From: an uncultured Chlorobiaceae bacterium
GTDB taxonomy: Bacteria > Bacteroidota > Chlorobiia > Chlorobiales > Chlorobiaceae
Reading direction: 5' to 3'
Assembly (NCBI GenBank): GCA_903915955.1
Contig: CAIWUU010000058.1
Coordinates: forward strand, 8,169-72,168
DNA length: 64,000 bases
The notes beneath the pieces were generated by a model. The model saw nothing but the letters and a program-made list of their open reading frames with translations, made no database searches and had not been told where the DNA came from. This document shows positions 60,899 to 64,000 of this stretch, piece after piece (the stretch's first letter is position 1; each line of letters starts with the position of its first letter). Both the position numbers and the translations under genes were made by a program.

Positions 60899-61699
60899 CT
60901 ATTTGTGATTAAAAGGCCTGATAAATTTTCTGCCATGGCTGCCCGCTGCAAAAAAGTCAAGAATCTCAAGGAGTTCAGGCTCGGGAGGAAATTCCGACTT
61001 TACCTTCTCAAGAGCATTGGCAAGAAGAAGTCCCGACTGAAAAATAATCCTGTAGACATTTTTGATGAGCATTATTTTCTCAGAAGTAAAGCCCCTCCGT
61101 TTCAGGCCAATACTGTTCAGACCCTCAAAGCGAAAGGCTTCATGGCCGGAAGCCATAACAAAGGGTGGCACATCAAGCGTGACCCTCGATAGTGCTCCCA
61201 CCATTGAAAAGCGTCCAATCCGGACGAATTGATGCACACCTGCAAGTCCACCAACAACCACATAATCACCCACCTCACAATGGCCACCAAACGGAACACA
61301 ATTTGCAACCACAACATGGTTACCAATCACACAGTCATGACCAACATGCGAATAAGCCATAAAAAGATTATCAGAGCCAATGACAGTCTTGCCGCTCGCC
61401 ATGGTGCCACGATTAAGAGTCACACACTCCCGAACAACCGTCCTGTCGCCAACATAGAGATACGTTTTTTCGCCCGAAAATTTAAGGTCCTGGGGCTCTG
61501 TGGCAAGCACCGCACCGGAATATATCTTGCATTCACTTCCGATTCGGGCACCTGAGGCAATATGAGCATGGGGCCATATTTTGGTGCCAGCACCGATTTC
61601 TACATCATCCTCAATAACGGCATAGGCGCCAACGCTGACACCCTCTCCAAGAATGGCACTCTGACCAATAATCGCAGTTGGATGAATAGTGCTCTGCAT
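60899..61699 (-). CDS. lpxA: acyl-ACP--UDP-N-acetylglucosamine O-acyltransferase
   Basis: 266 aa with left-handed beta-helix hexapeptide repeats, beginning IHPTAIIGQSAILGEGV, and a C-terminal helical domain. Confidence 0.92.
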   Translation of the reverse strand: MQSTIHPTAIIGQSAILGEGVSVGAYAVIEDDVEIGAGTKIWPHAHIASGARIGSECKIYSGAVLATEPQDLKFSGEKTYLYVGDRTVVRECVTLNRGTMASGKTVIGSDNLFMAYSHVGHDCVIGNHVVVANCVPFGGHCEVGDYVVVGGLAGVHQFVRIGRFSMVGALSRVTLDVPPFVMASGHEAFRFEGLNSIGLKRRGFTSEKIMLIKNVYRIIFQSGLLLANALEKVKSEFPPEPELLEILDFFAAGSHGRKFIRPFNHK

Positions 61700-61704
61700 A
61701 GTAT

Positions 61705-64000
61705 TTATTTTTTTTCAAATTCTTTAATCAATTCAGGCTCTTTAAGCTCTTCGGCAAGCGACTTGACAAGATGTTTCGCCTCCTCTTTTCTGCCTACATC
61801 ATTATACGCCCTTGCCAGAGCATACGAGAGACGAGGATCAGAAGCGGGCGAAGAGTGGCTGCTCAGTTCCTCAAGGTACTCAATGTACGCAGAGGTTTTC
61901 TGCTTTTCTCCGAGGAGAACATACAGAGCAATCACCGAACCCGCAAGTTCGGGATTTAGAGGATACTGTGCAAGAGGCATAAGTCTCGCCGAAATATCAA
62001 GCACCTGCAGTGCGAGAGTTCCACGCCTGACATTCCGCACCGCGCCTGACGCATCGCGTACAGGAATAACTCCTGAAGGGTCAGCGGCCAATTCAAGGGC
62101 AAGACGGACAAAGAGCGGGGAATAGTTGCCGCACAACCTCCTTGAGGTCTCCTCAAGAGTAACCTCACTATTATTGAGGTTTCTGTACCTGTAGAGCTGT
62201 ACAAGATTTCTATACAGCAATACCGGATCAACATAGCTCATGGTATCGACACTTTTAAGCGGAACCACTTTATAAGCCAGACCGTCAAGACGAAGATAGT
62301 TCTCAAGACCAATCATACTTTCAGGATCAACCGTCAATGCAAAATAGATCGGTCGCCTGGAAAAATTATTCATCAGAATCTCATAGACCGCAATATCCTG
62401 CGGACGAAGATAGCCTTGATTATTATACACCAATCCGGGTTTCAACAGCCAGATCATGGTGTCAACCGGCTCAGCAGGCAACGAAAGACCTCGAAGGCTT
62501 GACTCACGCAACAGCTCTCTACGAGCGAGTTGTGAAGGAAGCACGGCATCAACCGAATCAATGGGAACATAGGTGATGGCATCAATCTCCCCATCACCTA
62601 AACTGAATTCCACCGGTTTTGCCCCACGAGGAGAGCTGTTTTTTAACTGATTGAGATACCAACCCGTATTGGCAAGACTCAGGTTGACAACGCGCACATC
62701 AGTCCTGATGCGCTCAACCTCCTGCAGGTACCACAAGGGAAAGGTATCATTATCGCCATTGGTAAAAAGAATAGCATCTTTTTCACAGCTCTGGAGCATG
62801 TTCCAGGCCCAGTCCCATGGAACATAGTTTCCGGAACGGTTGTGCATACGATAGTTCGCCTGCAACATCCGGCCATTAATCAATAACAGCCCGGCGAAAA
62901 CTGTCAGCGCGGCAAAAAGCACCTGCGGTCTGCGGCCAACAAACTTCAACCGCTTGCCAAGCCACTGCCAGGTACTCTCAACCCCTATCCCGATCCAGAG
63001 AGCAAAGGCGAAAAAACTCCCGGCATAACTGTAATCCCGCTCTCGCGGCTGAGGTTCTGTCTGGTTAAGATAGACCACCAGCGCAGCACCGGTAAGAACA
63101 AAGAGGGCGGTAACAACCAGTCCCATTTTCCACTGCCGCCTGAAATGGGTTATTGCGCCAACCAGCCCGACAAGAAACGGTATTCCCCACAGTACAGACC
63201 AGTCAACTCCAGCTCCCTCCATATCGTGCTCCCTGCCAATAAACTGCCAGCCGAAATAGCGGAAATACATTTTCTCCATCTGGTAAGAGAGAAAATAGTC
63301 GAGATCACTTGAATAATGACTGTAATAATACTGATGCACCGGCTCAGGTGACCAGCGCCTCGGCCAGAGCGGCATCTCCCCGTACTGATCGCGGTTGAGA
63401 TAGGAGAAAAAGGTCTCGGAAGTAGAGGGATTGTTCTCATTGATGGGTGGCCCTGCCTGCGCCCGCACCGAGATCATGCCATAAGAGGTATAGCCGATAA
63501 CAATCAGAAAAAGAGAGACAAGCACGGTATTGAGCAGAGCCATTCGGTTTCTGTGCGAATACCAGGTGCCATAGCCAAGCAACATGAGAAAAAGTATAAA
63601 TCCCCACCATGAGGCCAGTTGCAGCAGAATCGGAAGGCCTTTGATGATACCAATATAAATCAGGAAAAAAAGTCCGGACGAAGCAAGAGTGAAGAGTGCA
63701 AAGGATTTGACCGTAACTTGATACTTTTTGAAGTAATAAAGTAATGCGACGGCAAAAACAGCCAGAAGACTGAGCAGGTGAACCCCTATTGAAAGCCCGA
63801 TAATGTACATGACGAGCAAAAGCCACCGTTCGTTACCTGGAGCAGGATCCTCTTCATACCAGCAAAGAATCAGCCAGACAACAAGAGCCGTAAAAAATGA
63901 TGAGAGTGCGTACACCTCCGCCTCTACAGCATTGAACCAGAAACTGTCGGAGAGGGCAAGAGCCAGCGCCCCGATAACAGCCCCACCATAGGCTGAAACT
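61705..64000 (-). CDS. DUF2723-like polytopic membrane glycosyltransferase with C-terminal TPR region (5' end outside the window)
   Basis: The frame stays open to the window edge (..SDSFWFNAVEAEVYALSS..), so the GTG at 63915 is internal. It has many TM helices followed by a soluble TPR-like C-terminus. Confidence 0.7.
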   Translation of the reverse strand, partial: VSAYGGAVIGALALALSDSFWFNAVEAEVYALSSFFTALVVWLILCWYEEDPAPGNERWLLLVMYIIGLSIGVHLLSLLAVFAVALLYYFKKYQVTVKSFALFTLASSGLFFLIYIGIIKGLPILLQLASWWGFILFLMLLGYGTWYSHRNRMALLNTVLVSLFLIVIGYTSYGMISVRAQAGPPINENNPSTSETFFSYLNRDQYGEMPLWPRRWSPEPVHQYYYSHYSSDLDYFLSYQMEKMYFRYFGWQFIGREHDMEGAGVDWSVLWGIPFLVGLVGAITHFRRQWKMGLVVTALFVLTGAALVVYLNQTEPQPRERDYSYAGSFFAFALWIGIGVESTWQWLGKRLKFVGRRPQVLFAALTVFAGLLLINGRMLQANYRMHNRSGNYVPWDWAWNMLQSCEKDAILFTNGDNDTFPLWYLQEVERIRTDVRVVNLSLANTGWYLNQLKNSSPRGAKPVEFSLGDGEIDAITYVPIDSVDAVLPSQLARRELLRESSLRGLSLPAEPVDTMIWLLKPGLVYNNQGYLRPQDIAVYEILMNNFSRRPIYFALTVDPESMIGLENYLRLDGLAYKVVPLKSVDTMSYVDPVLLYRNLVQLYRYRNLNNSEVTLEETSRRLCGNYSPLFVRLALELAADPSGVIPVRDASGAVRNVRRGTLALQVLDISARLMPLAQYPLNPELAGSVIALYVLLGEKQKTSAYIEYLEELSSHSSPASDPRLSYALARAYNDVGRKEEAKHLVKSLAEELKEPELIKEFEKK

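Overview
This 64-kb window reads as chromosome from a green sulfur bacterium (Chlorobiaceae). That call is based on recognising the chlorosome genes csmC-csmA, a bchH-bchM-bchE bacteriochlorophyll cluster and a chlorophyll/BChl synthase, all embedded in housekeeping genes (guaA, asd, recA, tig, nadC, folBK, ssb, holA, hisG, lpxA/lpxH, miaB, nifSU, ndk). I call about 57 intact CDS, one tRNA-Pro(GGG), one TonB-dependent receptor decayed by multiple frameshifts, several strong intrinsic terminators and a few repeats. The ORF track over-extends many N-termini, so I re-set starts where a conserved N-terminus or a neighbouring feature justified it. The leads I would follow up are: (1) two paralogous Get3/ArsA-type ATPases with HSP20-like tails bracketing csmC-csmA and an unknown 493-aa protein with a PH-like head and a disordered tail, a possible chlorosome-protein targeting module; (2) an AT-rich islet between bcp and ndk holding a TacA/TacT toxin-antitoxin pair, a 34-bp direct-repeat pair with CRISPR-like geometry, a truncated antitoxin stub, and a two-gene operon of an unknown 123-aa protein plus a DEDDh exonuclease-BRCT protein; (3) a serine-palmitoyltransferase-like gene divergent from an SDR gene, with a duplicated palindrome in the shared promoter; (4) an uncharacterised radical-SAM/DUF4130 pair. 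All homology statements come from motif and sequence recognition by eye. No searches or computations were run, apart from hand counts that are stated as such.
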